The translations under genes were made by a program, and so were the position numbers. 64,000 bases of DNA from Camelus dromedarius (taxonomy: Eukaryota), in NCBI RefSeq assembly GCF_036321535.1, contig NC_087447.1:43836001-43900000 (forward strand), written 5' to 3'. Shown one piece after another: positions 1 through 14,060 of this stretch. The notes below the pieces were generated by a model that worked only from the letters and a program-made list of their open reading frames with translations, had not been told where the DNA came from and ran no database searches. The stretch's first letter is position 1. Every line of letters starts with the position of its first letter.

Positions 1-367
1 CATTTCCCTCCTTTCATCTTTCCTATGCGTCTGTGTAGAGCATCAGGAACTGCGTTTCTCTGAGTGCCTCCCTACTGTCACTTCCAACTGCAGAGTCAGA
101 AGAGCATTCTACGGTGCCTTTCAAATTTTCCAAGTCTCTCCATCCAGGCTCCCAACAATGGAAAACGTCCACCTTTATTTTCCCTTCCAAGGTTTGGAAA
201 ATCTTTATCCTAAAGCTTATGGTAGAATCTGACCATATCTAAACACGCCTTCACTGCCTCAGTCTCTCCGCTGGTTTTCCTGAGGGTCTCATTACTTCTA
301 CTTTGCAAAAGAGTTATTTTTTGACATCTTTTCTTTCTCCTTCTCCTCATCAAAAAACATATATATT

Positions 368-498
368 TGTTTTGTTTTTGTTTGTTTTTTGAGGGGAGCG
401 GTAATTAGGTTTATTTTTTTTAGTGGTGGTACTGGGGACTTAACCCAGGACCTTGAGCATGCTAGGCATGCACTCTACCACTGAGCTGTACCCTCCCC
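368..498 (-). mobile_element. Vic-1-like camelid tRNA-derived SINE
   Basis: Reverse complement is ggggagggtacagctcagtggtagagtgcatgcctagcatgctcaaggtcctgggttaagtccccagtacc, followed by an aaacctaattacc tail. Confidence 0.85.
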
Positions 499-574
499 AC
501 CTTGTCCTCATTTTGATATATACTTTTTCTGACTCACTGTCTACATTTATCAGAAGATGCCTTGTGAAGTACAC

Positions 575-1335
575 TGTTAATCACTTGCCCACCACGCATC
601 CCCCCATTTTCTTCTTCCTAAGTGAACCCTGAATTTACCCAGGTTCCCACCTCACCCCATGCACCTAGACATCTCGGGGAAGGGATCCATCTCCAGGACT
701 GGACCTATTTGGCCCACATAATCTGATTTCTCTTGCTAATGATGGACGTAAAAATTGGCATACTGCTGGCCATGACATGGAAGGGGAAAGCCTTTCGGAG
801 ACTTGAGAAATTTCTTCCTTGCTCCTGATAGAGAGCTTCAGGAAGTGCATTTTCCTCTGGTCCTTTTCAGATCTGGATGCAATGCCTAGCACTGCAACCA
901 TCTCGCCTCCAACCTGAAGATGAATCAAAAAGGAAGGCTGGCCCAGCAGCCTGGAAAGATCCATGACCTTGACCCCACCATGAGCCCCTGAATCTATAAC
1001 CCTCAGTCCCCATCTCAACCCTGACTCCTTCGCCAGGCGATACATTTTCTCACTGTCTAATCCAGTTTGTGTCAGGATTTCTGTTCTTTTTCTAATTGAA
1101 GTATAGTTGATTTATAATACTCTGTTAGTTTTAGGTGTACAGCATAGTGACTCAGCATTTTTATAGATTATACTCCATTAAAAGTTATTATAAGATAATG
1201 GCTATAATCCCTATACTACATCCTGGTTGCTTATCTACTTTATACACAGTAGTTTGTGTCTCTTAATCCCATACTCCTCATCTGCCCCTCCCCCCATCCC
1301 TCTGTTCTTTGCATGAAGAGTATTCTGATTTATCC
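575..1335. mobile_element. MLT1-type MaLR LTR interrupted by an antisense L1 3' fragment (1090-1300)
   Basis: MLT1-like motifs gatgcaatgcctagcactgcaaccatct and tccagtttgtgtcaggatttctgtt; the L1 fragment is flanked by TSD tctgttcttt (1080-1089 and 1301-1310). Confidence 0.65.
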
Positions 1336-4300
1336 TGCCAGCAAAGCAACTCAGGAACTTGTCAGATCCTATGTTTTCAACCAAAGATTTCCAGGGACTG
1401 TCTTCTCAGTGAGCTTCTCCCCACAATGAGACTATGCCTCTGCACTCATGCAGGCCTTGTTTCAGGAGAGCATCACCTCTCTACCTGTGGTACTCCCAGA
1501 GGGGGGTCATGTCTGCTAAGCCCCACACATCTGCTTCTCAGTGCATCTCAGCCTCGGATGCACAGCTTCCCAGGCAGGCACAGTGCATTAATCTGCCCAT
1601 TTCTAAGTGGTCGGTTGACATGCTTGGGTGTCTGCTGACATGCTCTGGGTTCGTGTTTGTTCTCTGTGTAGGAGGCATCAGGACACCTCGGGCCACTGAC
1701 AGCTGGGCTTCTGGTCTTCCCTCCTGTGACACCGCCTGTCCTGAAACTCTTTTTTCGACATCCCACTTAATATCATTCATAACAACGGGTCTCAGGGATT
1801 ATCTGTTTTGTTGTGTCATTTCCCTTGCATTAAGGGACTAACTCATCAATCATCAGTTTCCCGCCTCTCTGTAAGATCGTCTGCATGCTTGGCTAAGAAT
1901 GGTTTCTTCTGATATGTGAAGCTAAGGGTTCACAGCCTCAGCTAAACATCAACCTGATCTTTTGAGGCAGTTGTTGATCTTTGGGCTTTTTCTCAGTCTT
2001 CCAGAGTTCCAAAGGGCGATGGGAAGAAGTGATGAAAATACCACCTGTGTTCCCCATTTTCTACCCCCAAATCATTGTGTCTGAAGATGCATCCACGTTT
2101 GCTCTGAGTGGGTTGCCCGTGGCCACGAGCAGTAGTGAGTTTGCCCAGTTTTGGCTGACTCTTTGGTACACCTTCCTCACCATGGGGAAGGCATCTTTGC
2201 GGTCCACGCACAGCTGCTCTATGCCCCATGAAAGGGAGTCACCAACTAGGGTCTTTCAAGCTTCCCTCCAAGCAGCTTTCTTCACACCCACGTTCTTAGG
2301 TTTCTCCATCATTTGTGGTTCTTTTCCAGAAACTCTGGCCTCCTCTCAATGGCATGAATCTCATTTCTACTTCTGTTGTTCTGCTCACTCTAGCCTCTTT
2401 CCTATTCAGAGACAGTCCCACCATTTTAAGGTTTCATCTTAAGTATACCTGCAGTGTGGCAAACTGTGCAAACTTGGATAGAGTGGCCCAGATCCAACAG
2501 CCCCCAAATGTCCTCCTGGGCATCCTAAGCCCACAGGTGTCTTGGTCAGGCTCCAGGCTGCAAGAACAGAGACATCTTCAAGGTAGCTCAGAAGTTTAGC
2601 TAGGGGTGGTGGTGGTGATTTATTGTAAAAGCACTCATGGGGCAACTACAGAAATGGACCCTCAGTGAAGTTCAAGAGCAGGAATGATGGTAAGGGAACC
2701 AGGCAGGAGTTTTGTTCTGGGTCCAAGGTGACCCCTGCAACGTCAGTGTCAGAACTTCTGGATCTTGGCTCTGGTCTGCTATTAATGAGACTTCTCTGTT
2801 CTCTCCTGTTTTCACCAATTGGATTCTTAATCTTGTACTGTGTATATTTCCATTCACTATAATTTCAGTGTACTTCTTCTGTGAGTTTTTTTCACGGCCA
2901 ACTAAGACCTCTAAAGCCTCCCTTTATCTCATAGGTCTGCTGATGCCTCACTTCTTGGTAGCTACCAAGTTCAGGGGTAGTATCTGACTGACCTAACCCA
3001 CCTTGGGGTATCAGTGATATGTGTCACTGGGCAGCCCACAGACTGGCTGCTGGGAGCATGTGACCCTCTGGGTCCCATCATCTGTGGCCAGGGTTACATT
3101 TTATGAACCTCGGTGGTGAGGACAGCCTCTTCTACAGATATGGGGGGCAGAGGTGTGAGTGCACGCAGCGGGGCTGAGACGGGGCAGCATGGGGAGTAAC
3201 GTGCTCAGGGTAACTCCCTTGCAGGGCTCTGCCGCTCCTCTGCTCTGTGTCCCGACCCTGCCCTCCTGGTTGCTAAAGTCTCATCTCAGACTCACCTTGA
3301 AGTCTGTCTGCCCAGCCTCTCCAGCCTCAGCTGGAGGCTTCACTGCTCACCTCCTGGCCCGTATTCTGACTTATGAGCATTACTGTAAGTCCTGTGGCCC
3401 GGCCTGGGGGTCCACTCCCATCAAACGCTTCCAATGCAGCCCTGGCAGGTAGAGCTCAGCACTCTCGAGCCTCCAGGAGATCGGACAGGCTCCTTTTCCT
3501 GCCAGCCTGCCCTCCACTCCAGCATGGACTCCCCTTCACCTCCTTGTCCTTGTGTCCTGAAAACCTTCCCAGAAGGCTTAGGTTCATGTTCTAGTTGAAG
3601 GTCTCACACCATCAGGGAACAGCAAGGACGGTGACCTTCCTTCTCTTCTGTGGTGCGTGCACGCCTCCAGGCCTTAGCTGGCCTGTATAGTTTCCTCCAT
3701 TCTCTCCTGGAACTTTGTCCTCTCTATTAGGCGGACTTTTTAGGAATATTTTTCAGGCTGCTTCATCCTTCTGAATGTCTTGGAGTTTGTCTGACCAAGG
3801 CCAAAAGGACAGAGTGAGTGTTGGCATTCTGAGCGTGAGAGGTGGCTTCTTGAATCAATGTTGGGCCCTCCAATACTTTAGAATCAACGCTCAAAGACTG
3901 TCCACAGCTAGACTTGCTGGAAGTGAATGGAGGTAGGGACTGTGAATTAGAGCTGGGAGGAGAGGTCTTCATGGGAAGAAGCTTCTGCTTCAAGGGCTGA
4001 TGTGGAAATCAGAGGTGAGGTCTAAGCAGGGGTGTGGCACGTCCATTCAGGTATCAGGGGTGAGACATCGGGGGCACAGGATGACAAAGAGTGGGGCTCT
4101 GATCTGAGGGGCGCAGCTGCAAACTGCAGGGTATTGGGAAGAGGCTGGGTTGTTCCAAACAATCTGATCAAAGCTGATGACAGAATAAGAGCAGCTGCTG
4201 GATGCATGAAAAGCTCAGCAGGATCCGGGTAGACAAAGAGGCCCTTCCAAGGCTGAGCCAGGTTGGAAGAGGGCTGAGCTGCTTCCAGGACACCGGAGTG

Positions 4301-5699
4301 TGTGGTAAGTATGCAGAGGAGACCTGGGGACCTAGAGACGCATGAAGAGAGGAGGCAGAAGGCTGTCTGGGCCTCCCCTCTGGCCAGTGGGGGAGGTGGT
4401 AAGGGGCTCGGCACGGATGCTGGGGGCCCTGCCTTGTACCCAGAGCAGCCCCATGCTACTCCTAACCCCGTCTGAGGAGTAAGACCTGCTCCCACAGGCC
4501 ACCAGGATGAGACAGAGCCACGCTGCGCCCGAGACAGGGGGAGGGCCATCCTGTGTGCTCGGTGTCTCCAGGTTAAAGCTCACACATCAGTTACCCTCTG
4601 TCTCTCTTGTCTCTTCCATCTCGCCTTCCCTATTGAAAAGTCCTGCTCTTGAAATCCATTATCCTTTTCTAGCAAGTGGCCTGACCTGCCTTCCCGTTTT
4701 GGTCAAGAAACTGGGAGGAACTGTCCGTGTTCATTAGCTCTGGTTCCTCACGTCTTGTCTGCCTCCAACCTGGACACCCTCAGATACCGCAGCTCTGCTG
4801 AGGCTTCTCCCCTCCAGGGGGGCGAGACATACAGACCTGCATGCTGAGGGGAGCGGGCCCAGCCACGCCGTGTGCAGGAGAGCACTGGAGCATCCTGTCC
4901 TTCGCAACATAGTGGAGGATTCTGGAGCAATGGGGCAGACTGTTGCGGGATGATTTCAAAATATCAGACAGTTTAATTTGCAGTTGATTTGAACAGGTTT
5001 TGCTGAGCCTTCCTGTTGTCCTGGCCTGCTCTGTGACCTGACGTGGCCCGGCTCAGCGTGATGCAGTCTGTACTCCCCTCCACTCCTCGTTCAGAGGACA
5101 CCCATGTGTCTGAGTGCCCTCAAGACTGCTGGTCCAGATTCTTTCCCCCAGTCCTCACTGCCAGGCTCAGCAGGGAGAGTGCTGGAACAGGAAGAGCCTG
5201 CCTGTCTGAACTCAGGTCCCTTCTCTTCACCGTGGGGTCACGGTGGAGCCCGGACTCTCTAATCCTGAGACACGGGCCACGCAAGAAAGCCTGCAACCTC
5301 CCTTAATTCACAGAAGGCTCTGCTCCATTCTGCTCCTCACTTTCTGACATGCTCTTCCCCGAGGGATCCAGGGCTTAGAATGCAGGCTAATTAGCCTTTT
5401 GTCAGCAGATTATGGGCATTTCCATTTAAACCAATCTGCCTTCTTCCTGTGGCCGCGGGCCCAGAATAGAATTGGACTGGCCGTCAGCTGAGAAAAGGGT
5501 AGGAGCTAGGAGCCCCCAGTGCACGCGTCTGTGGATGAGGGGTGGAGGGTTAAAATCGCAATTTATCTTCCAGAAGAGCATCTTTTGGGAGGGAATAAGT
5601 GAATGGCACCGTTGGTCAAATTCTACTGCTCTTAGCACATACCGCACCGCTGTGATCTCTCCTCTCCTTGTCAGTTCCCCCTCTCTCACCCTTGCCCCT

Positions 5700-6370
5700 A
5701 ACACCCTGTCCCTCCTCTGCTGTCCTGCAGCTCAGTAGACGCTAGGGCCGTCCATCTGGTCAACACAGTGGCCTGGTCATCATCCCGAACTCCTTGCTCT
5801 CCCTGATCCTTTCCCACCTATCCCCCGCCTCTACTTCAGTCCTCTTCAGGCCCAAGCATTGTTCACCTTGACCACTCAGCCCGCGCTCCTCCAGACAGCA
5901 GTGTGAGCATGCTCAGTCCTTCAAAAAATCCCTTCAAAGCTCCCTTAGTGCCCCAGTGGAAAGTTCAAATCCCTCATCGTGCCTGAACAAGCCTTTCTTT
6001 CCCTCTTTGGCTACATTTCCGTCCCCTGTGTACCCTATACTCTGTCATCCTGAACTCTCTGGTGTCCCAGACACCAGCCCTTCTCTTTCACATCTTCATG
6101 CCCTTGAATGTGCTCATCTTTCTCCTTGAGATGCCTTTTCCTATTTGCTCAATGGGAGGATTCCTACTCACTTTCTAGAGCTTGCCTGAGTGGGTCATCA
6201 TGCCCCTCCGGTCACCACCACCCTTCCCCAACGGGTGTTTGGGGACCCCCTCATCTATGCTCCTATACACATTTTGAAAAGACAAGTTACACAATTTACT
6301 GTCACACTCCCCCACCGACTCCTTGGAGGCAGGCACTGTGTTCTCAGGACTTAGGACAGTACCCTGCACC
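5700..6370 (+). mobile_element. L2 3' region remnant
   Basis: L2-like motifs aaaatcccttcaaagctccc, aaagttcaaatccct, gattcctactca, ggaggcaggcactgtg. Confidence 0.55.
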
Positions 6371-6856
6371 CGGCAGGAGGGCAGGAGGGCAGGACTCGGC
6401 GTGGGGCCAGTTACTGCATGGAACCCTTTCACAGCAGCGACCCACACATCCAACAAGAATCACCATTCCTTCCTTCTGTGGCTGTTCCCCACAGCCCTCT
6501 TCAATTATAAACACACAGTTGGTGTCTCTGTGCTCTTTAAGCATTGCAAGGTGGAGCAGAGCTTCAAACCAGGTTAAAATATTTGTGATAAAAATAATCA
6601 ATTTATGGTCATGCAAATGTGGCAACACAAACCCAGGCATGCAGCACCTTACACAGAGACGCTGCAACCAAGGGGTGGTGGTGCTTCCAGACGAACAGGC
6701 ATGATGAGAAGTCTAGAATTCTGGTCTTTTGGAGGAAACATGTTCTGAATGGCCCTAAAAATGCATGCAGTTGGTTATGATCCCACACTTCCTCTTAATA
6801 CTCCCACACGGCATCAGAATTCCACTGGCCTTTCTAAAAGTACGTATCCTTTATTT

Positions 6857-7092
6857 CAGTTTTTCAGAGGGTAGCTCGTGACCCATCATTGGGTTTGTGA
6901 AATCAATTTAATGGTTGTGACCAGTATTCTTTTTTCTTAATGGAATAAAATTTTTTTCCAAAACAGCATCACATGGAATCACGTATTTCATGAAACTTTG
7001 GTTTCCATTTTATATCTGTGTACGTGTATGTGTTGTGATGTAAAATGTACTTCTTACTGTAAATCAGCGTTTGAGGCATTTGAGGCACACTG
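6857..7092. mobile_element. hAT-Charlie-type MER non-autonomous DNA transposon
   Basis: gtgacccatcattgggtttgtgaaatcaatttaatggttgtgaccag...gatgtaaaatgtacttcttactgt. Confidence 0.55.
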
Positions 7093-7259
7093 TTCTATTC
7101 CATGGGCACTTCATGGAATGTTGTGCTACACCCTGCATTCTAAGTCTCCACGAAGCGCTGGAAATTCCCAAAGCCAGAGAAATGGAAAACTTGGAATAAC
7201 CCCAGAAGAGTTAGCCTTATTTCTGCATTGCAGCAGTATCATCAAAAATGAATAACTGA

Positions 7260-7367
7260 GGGGGGAGGGTATAGCTCAGTGGCAGAGCACACGCTTAGCA
7301 TGAATGAGGTCCTGGGTTCAATCCCCAGTACCTCCATTAAAAAAAAATTAAGTTAAAAATAATATTA
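7260..7367 (+). mobile_element. Vic-1-like SINE
   Basis: tRNA-like head with A and B boxes, A-rich tail, imperfect TSD aaaa(a/g)tga(a/g)taactga. Confidence 0.88.
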
Positions 7368-7419
7368 AAAAGTGAGTAACTGAAAAGCTGGGTGGAATTA
7401 TATTTCTCTACTTGCTCAA

Positions 7420-7620
7420 TTAATACTCAGTGAGCATCTCCCGTTGGCAGATACTGTGCAGGCAACTTCTGTACATGTTATATCATTTAATCACAACAGG
7501 TATTTAAAGCTAGGTACTACCAGCCCCATTTTAGGGAGGAGGAAACTGATCCTCAGAGAGATTAGGCAGTCACTTAAGAATGCAGCTCTAAGTGGCAGAG
7601 CCAGCAGTAGGTTCCCCTCC
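7420..7620 (-). mobile_element. MIR SINE
   Basis: MIR core ccccattttagggaggaggaaactgat...agagagattagg. Confidence 0.7.
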
Positions 7621-10600
7621 CTTTTAGACACCAATGCAGCACAACTCGGTTAGTCCACCAGGAAGTTTAACTGGGTCACGGCTTTCTCTTTGATTAAATG
7701 AATTTGCTCTCCTCGATTTTTGTCTGCTTCGAACACAGTAACTCTTGCTTTTATCTGTTTTACACATTCAGTTCCAAAATTAGATTTAACTTCAGGAAAG
7801 AATTCAGAAAAAAAAAAACAAAAAACCTCCCCAAACTACACAGTGCTCTGTTAAGCAATGAATTTAAGCCTTTAGGTGTTTGCTTAAGTTTGCTAAGAAT
7901 GAACTTAAATGTGTACATATCTAGATGCATGTGACCAGCAGATTACAAATGATCTAGACTCTCGTAGGACCCTCCCGGACCCTCCAGTCTGACAGTCAGA
8001 CTCAGCAAGTTCTCCTAATTACAATCCAAATGCAAATCCACATCAATTCTACTGAAGATTTCCTGGAGCTATGAAGGTGAACTTGTCTCCTGCAGGCGAA
8101 ACTGATTCTAAATCTTATTTAAATGTCTTCTATTTCCCTGCTGCCCTCACTCGCTTCTCTCCCAATACCAAGCTCCTTTCCCTGTGGCTGGCTGCCCTCC
8201 AGCACCCTCGCTCCCCAACCCACGCTTCTGTCAGTTTCTTCAACCACATGGATGGCCCCTTCTACCGCCTCCCACCCCACCCCACCCAGCAGCTGCTCAG
8301 CAGGCACCCCTCACTCAGCAACACAGAGCCTTACACACACAGAGGCCACCGAATGGTCTCTGAGCACGGAGGGGTGGTGGTGGTGGAGGGGCCCAGGCTT
8401 CACTTCTAAGCCCTCCTTTCTGGATGGGAATGGGTGCAGCCCTGAGTCTGGTCCAGATCTGTTTTTTCTTTCATAGCCTTGGTTCCCCATCATTTCCTGG
8501 CTCATGGAGTCCCCCCTAGTCTTGGCAGCTGGTCCACTAATCAGAGTTATAAGAGTCTCTGTCCGCCATTGCTCAAGGACGCTCCCGAAGTTCAGAGTCA
8601 TCCACCTCGACGACAGCACAGGGCTTAGCGCTGCCATCCCAGTGCTGTTGTTCTTACCTGTCCCTTGTTCCTGGACCAAGGGGTCCAGACCCAGCAAGGC
8701 CGTCCCCTGGGCCCCTGTGAACTCGAACACCACCTGTAAAGGCAGTGAAGGAAGCTACATCTGGGTGGGGGGTGAGGGGGGCTTTAGAGAACCGCCGGCT
8801 TGAAGCAGTAAGAGGAGCATCTTCTGGGCTGAGTAGCCCTTGAAGACTCCCATTCAAAAGTCCTTTTCTTTCCTATTATTCCCTTTCTTGCTTTCAAGCA
8901 TCTTGTCTGGCAGCAGCAGCTGGAGCTAAAAGCTATTTCCCCTAACAAAGTGCAGATGTCTCAAGGCCTTCGCTGTTAACTCTTGGGTGCCTACTGACAA
9001 GTGAGAGAAGCAGGAAGAGGTGAAGAGGAAGGTGCACCGGGTGTGATGGCTTAGACTCTGCTGGACGCATCAGTGTGACCAATGGCAGTATCCCTGATTT
9101 TCTCTTGTTATCCTAAGAGTGTCATGTTTTTCAGAGTTACTATTTCTTTCTCTGCAAGGATCCCTGGATCCTTATCCCTGATAAGAGATTCAGTTCGAGG
9201 TAAGCCCACATTCACGTGGTACTTTGGTGCCAGACTTGAAAAGGCAATGGAAGGGTCACATTATTTTTAAGCAGTAGGATAAGAGCCGTTAGCACTGACT
9301 GGGAATGGACATTCTGCCACTTTAAAGAACATAACATTTTTAATGCCTGTGAAAGATCAGACTGTCTCACCCCCAGCTACTAACCTATGAAGACAGTGCT
9401 GACTTGACCCTGTGGGCTGGAGAAGCAGAACTGTCCTGCCAGGCTTCTGGCTCCTATGACAAACCTTCCACAGCCAAGGGCCTGGGTTGTCAACTTATTC
9501 CTGGACCTTGTGTGTCCAAGTGAGTCCAACTTCCACACCCTTCACCTCTACCACCAGGCTGACCCAGCCTGCCAAGCTGAGATCCTGCTTGGATCCCACC
9601 TCGATCCTGAAAGTTTTCATGAAGAGCTCTGCTGTCACTCTCTCTAACACAGGAGCCCACCCTGACCCCTGCCTGGCTCTTGGTTCCTTAGTTAGAGGCT
9701 CGATCTTCAGCCACAGTCATTGCCACTGGGGAGCCCCACTCACTACCCTTGGATGGAAGCTTCCAAAACTAAGACGGGGGCACCAGACGCTCAGCCCCAG
9801 TATCCTGATGAGGGACTCTGTAGACCCGTCTGTAGCCAGGCCAACTCCTCCAGGCCCATCTTCCCCTCACGGGTAGGTGCTGCCTGCTCCAGTTCAGCTC
9901 TGCTCCCCAGTGTGGCCCCGACTCCAGTCAAAAAGGAGGGAGCCGCAGACAGGGCCTAACAAGAAGCACTGTTTGGATCCATGTCTCCAGGCCCCCTTCA
10001 GAGACTTCATTAAGCATTCATAACAGGAAGGAAAACCCAGAATGTTTACATTGTTTAATTTTCATCAGTCTTAATCCCTTTGGATGGCATTTGCTGTCTT
10101 GATTGGATTTATGACCTTTCTCTAGTTAACTTTTTCAACCTGGACACTTATTATCAGTATGCACAGTATTTAAGCAGCTCCATTCAGATCCTCAGCCACG
10201 TAGGGAAAAAAAAAATCACACCTTTGTTTTCCTATTCTTCATTCATAACTGCTTCTCTTTCTGACAGTCTGAGCCCAACTTGCGATAGTATACCCTACAC
10301 CTAAAAGGTAAGATTGCATTATGTAATTGCTCAATGATTTGCAAAGTTCCCCTTGTTTTGAAAGCCCCCTTTCCTTATTTTTAAGCATTTCAACGATCAA
10401 TTCACCACATTTCACATTCTAAGCTTTATTTAAAATGGGGGGAAATACGTAATCATACCACTACAGATGACAGACTTTAAACATACAATTGAGCTTTTTA
10501 GCTTGTAAATAAAAATAAAATAAATAAGCATAAGATTAAAGATCACGTTAGAGTAGCCAAAATACTGTTATTAAAAGAGTACAGATTTTCATTCCCATTC

Positions 10601-11084
10601 TACACAAATGAAATGCTGCACATGGTAGGAGACACTGATGGCAAAGGACAGTCGTGTGACCCATCTTTACTCCTGAGGAACTGTGCCTTTATCAACCCAA
10701 CAAAGCATCAGATGATGGGGAGCTGTCCATGGTCCTACAAATCCACGCAGGGCTTGATTTTCCCTTTGGAAAAACAGGACATAAATGCTAAAGCAAAGCA
10801 GTTTTCCCCCTCACTTTATACGGTAATTGCATGTCATCAAGAGCCAAGTCTCTTTTGGCCGCAACTGTCTCAACACACAAGCTCATGAACCAAACATCAA
10901 CAATTTGTTTCACTAGGAAAACTTTCCTGAATGTCTACAATGTGCCATTTTGTAGGTATTGGACATACCCAAGTGAGTAAGAGAGATGAGCTGATCTCAT
11001 GACAGCTCTGAGAATGGTTCTCTTCACTTCAAGGGAACACTGGGGTGGGTGTTTGCCTGTGACCCAGATATTTTTGTTTCAAAA

Positions 11085-11570
11085 AACCTGCTTATCTGCT
11101 TCAAGAAATCCTACCTTATAGTGCTTACAAAACAAAGGGAATTTATATACTTATATATTCATAAAGGTCAGAGGTAACATTATGTTCAGGAGAGGCTGGA
11201 TCCAGCAACTCAACTATATGATTGAGGGTCTGGATTCTTTTTACTTCTTTATTCTGCAAACCCCAGGGTTGGTTTCACCCTAACTCTGGCTCCTCTAGAG
11301 GTCCAAAGAGGGAAAAGCTGCTCCTGTGGTATATGATTCTTTGTTTACATCCAATAGGAAAGACAGAGAGAGCATCTTTGTCCAAGCATTCACACCGAAT
11401 GTTCTGTAATACTCTCTGACTGAATCAGCTTATGCAGTGCTAATCTCCATGGCTGGACTGACTGGCTTAGCTTGGACTAGATCATAGTTCCATTACTGGA
11501 GCCAAGGATGGAGCCTGACTCCCTAGAATCCCAAATCAGAAGTCAGGGCCATCAGAAATGGGCAACTAAC
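11085..11570. mobile_element. MLT1-type LTR remnant
   Basis: aaagggaattt...ttcaggagaggctggatccagcaactcaa...ctctgactg...ggctggactgactggcttag. Confidence 0.5.
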
Positions 11571-11654
11571 AAACATTCCTGCTGTCTGTGAGGTACTTGC
11601 AGAACCAGGCAGGATCCTTGTCAGCTCTCCCTCTGCTTTGTGTTCTTGGGGCAT

Positions 11655-12130
11655 GAGAACTAAAGCCACCTACCCCAACCCAGCTAGCTGTCTACAGAAT
11701 GCACTCTACCTTAACTTAATATTACTGTTCCATTGTCTTCAGTAATATAACTTAACTGTTCCCAGAGACTCTTGCCAAGATAGATAAAAGTTGCACATAA
11801 CATTATTGCTCATTAGGGGTACTTCCCAAAAGACCACCAGCTTTTCCTTAGAGAGCATCCCCAGATAGTTTACATCCCAAAACTCTTTGAATCCTGGCCT
11901 TGAAATGCTCACCTTGTTGTGTTCACCTAAACTATTATATCAAGATCTTTACCTGATCCTAACCAAGCCTCCCACCCCGTTTTGTCCCCCTAGCCACACT
12001 GAAAGACCCTCCTTAAATCATCCTTCAAAATATCAATAAATTAGACTCTGCCCTTCCCCTTCCATCACCAGGTAAGAAGTCACCTCCACTCTGTCTTATC
12101 AACAGGCTGTTCTGCTGATATTTGAGAGAC
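11655..12130 (+). mobile_element. Probable ERV solo LTR remnant
   Basis: LTR-like composition with tcctaaccaagcctccc, gaaagaccctccttaaa and aataaa; family uncertain. Confidence 0.4.
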
Positions 12131-13811
12131 AGCATTCAACAGACGCACCTCCTGAAAGACTCGTTTCCAGGAGTAGTGGCCTTCCAGATGTCCCCCATCC
12201 TCTGCCAGGATGCTCCACCCTTGCCCTGGGCCCCTTAACCTGGGAAGTACTCTCTTGCCCACAGAGGATCACCAGACAGTGTGTTTCTTTCAGAGGCTGA
12301 CATAAACAATTCTAGTTCATCTCATTGATGGAAGAAGAATTGGCTCATCAGCCCATAGTAGTAGCAGTCACCTCTGAATGCCGTTCCTGGAGATGGCACT
12401 GCTGAAGGCTCAAGCCCACTGTTAACCACCTTCTTATCTAATTACTGTTCAAGTGTGCCTCAGGAACGTTCCCCAGCAGGGCCTGCTGGGGCAAGGTCAT
12501 CTGTGAATGTGAGGAGAGTCAAGATGCAGTTGACTTTCTGTTCAGACAGAAACATTATTTTCCAACACGCTGTTATTACCTTTTATACCTCTAGTGTTTA
12601 CCTTACCGCCCCCATGGTTTGTACGATTGCTATGTCTATAAACTTTTGGAAGAGTCACTGGTTTTGCATCCCAGCTGAAGATGAGAAAGTGCTTAGCACC
12701 TTTTTTTTTTTAAACCAGATAATTCTATACAAGAAAGAAGACCTGCCTGGGAAATAATAAATACCCTTGGCTTTGTATGCTGACTATTCCCTCTATAAAC
12801 TGGAAACACAATGCCCCATTAACACTAACCATGCCCACCAGTCCAAACTGCATTCTGGCCACGTATATCAATGGGCACAGATTCTAAGAGGTTTGGTACG
12901 TGTTTTTCAGCTCCCAAACATGTAGCACATTTTTATGTTCTTGGCAATCAGTTTTGCTTCAGTGGCTCTGCAGGTGTTTATGGATATTGGCATACTAAAT
13001 CCCCCAATAAAAATAGTTTATTTTTTGAAAAAAATCTCAATTATACATCCTTTATTTTATCCCCCAAATGCTTTCCCATTATTTTTCTCTTTTTTATCTT
13101 CACAGGTAGGTGGAGCGAATCATTGCCCGATGTAAAACTGCTGCTAAAATGTTTCCCTGGTGAGAAAAGTCAACTTGTGGCCTAATGTCCTTGTCACCTC
13201 CTGATCAGTCCTTGTTCAGTCTGTCATTCACCAGAGGGATGCCTGTGGTTTCTGCTTCCTCTGTCTCTTATGAATGAAGTACTCTACAACCCGGCTGTGC
13301 ATATCAGCATGAGGGGACCCTCATGATTTACTAAGGCGCCTAAATTATTCTTCTGAATATTTCTCAACTGCACTTGAAATGCAAACCAACCATCATCAGA
13401 GTGCAGCTCATGGGAACCACGGTAAGAAACGAATGGCCCCTTTTTATGTCTTCTCCTAAATGTAGAGAGGTAATCAAAGCTTGGAGCTTAAAAAGGACCA
13501 TCTCCATTTGAAGAGCCCACTGTAAATTCAGTCTCAATACCTTTTACATCTTCCTCCAGACTGACTTCTACTTCAGACTTCCTTGAGTGGGAAATTGTGG
13601 AACTTCAGAACTAAAGGAACCCAACTGCTTTCATTATATGTCTCATTCATTCATTCTCTCATTCACTGCTCAAATATTAATTCAATACCTATGTGACAGG
13701 GATAGCATTTCCATTCTCTGTGAATTATGCTGTTCCATGCAAAGAAGTCAGTGCTATATGTTCCTGCAAATTGAGGCAAATAATAGGAGGTCAGTGATCA
13801 GAGAGTCCCTC

Positions 13812-14060
13812 AATCCAATGTTCACAGCAGCACTATTTACAACAGCCAAGACATGGAAGCAACCTAAATGTCCACTGACAGATGCTTGAATAAAGATGTT
13901 GTGGTATATATATATACACCATATATATGGAATATTACTCAGCCATGAAAAGAATGAAATAATGCCATTAACAGCAACATGGATGAACCTAGAGATTATC
14001 ATACTGAGAGAAGTAAGTCAGATAGAGAAAGACAAATATCACATGATATGACTTATATGT
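13812..14060 (+). mobile_element. L1 ORF2 C-terminus and 3' UTR fragment
   Basis: Encodes [23 protein letters not shown] (end of ORF 13587..13889). Confidence 0.88.

Noticed and set aside
665..1045. 126-aa ORF
   Set aside because: It lies within an MLT1-type LTR and has no protein similarity that I recognise.
4022..6704. 175-aa and 198-aa ORFs
   Set aside because: No recognisable domain or exon structure; they sit in GC-moderate intronic or L2-derived sequence where chance ORFs are expected.
7260..7335. tRNA genes (tRNA-like heads at about nine positions)
   Set aside because: They are diverged, have A-rich tails and mostly have TSDs, so they are SINE copies.
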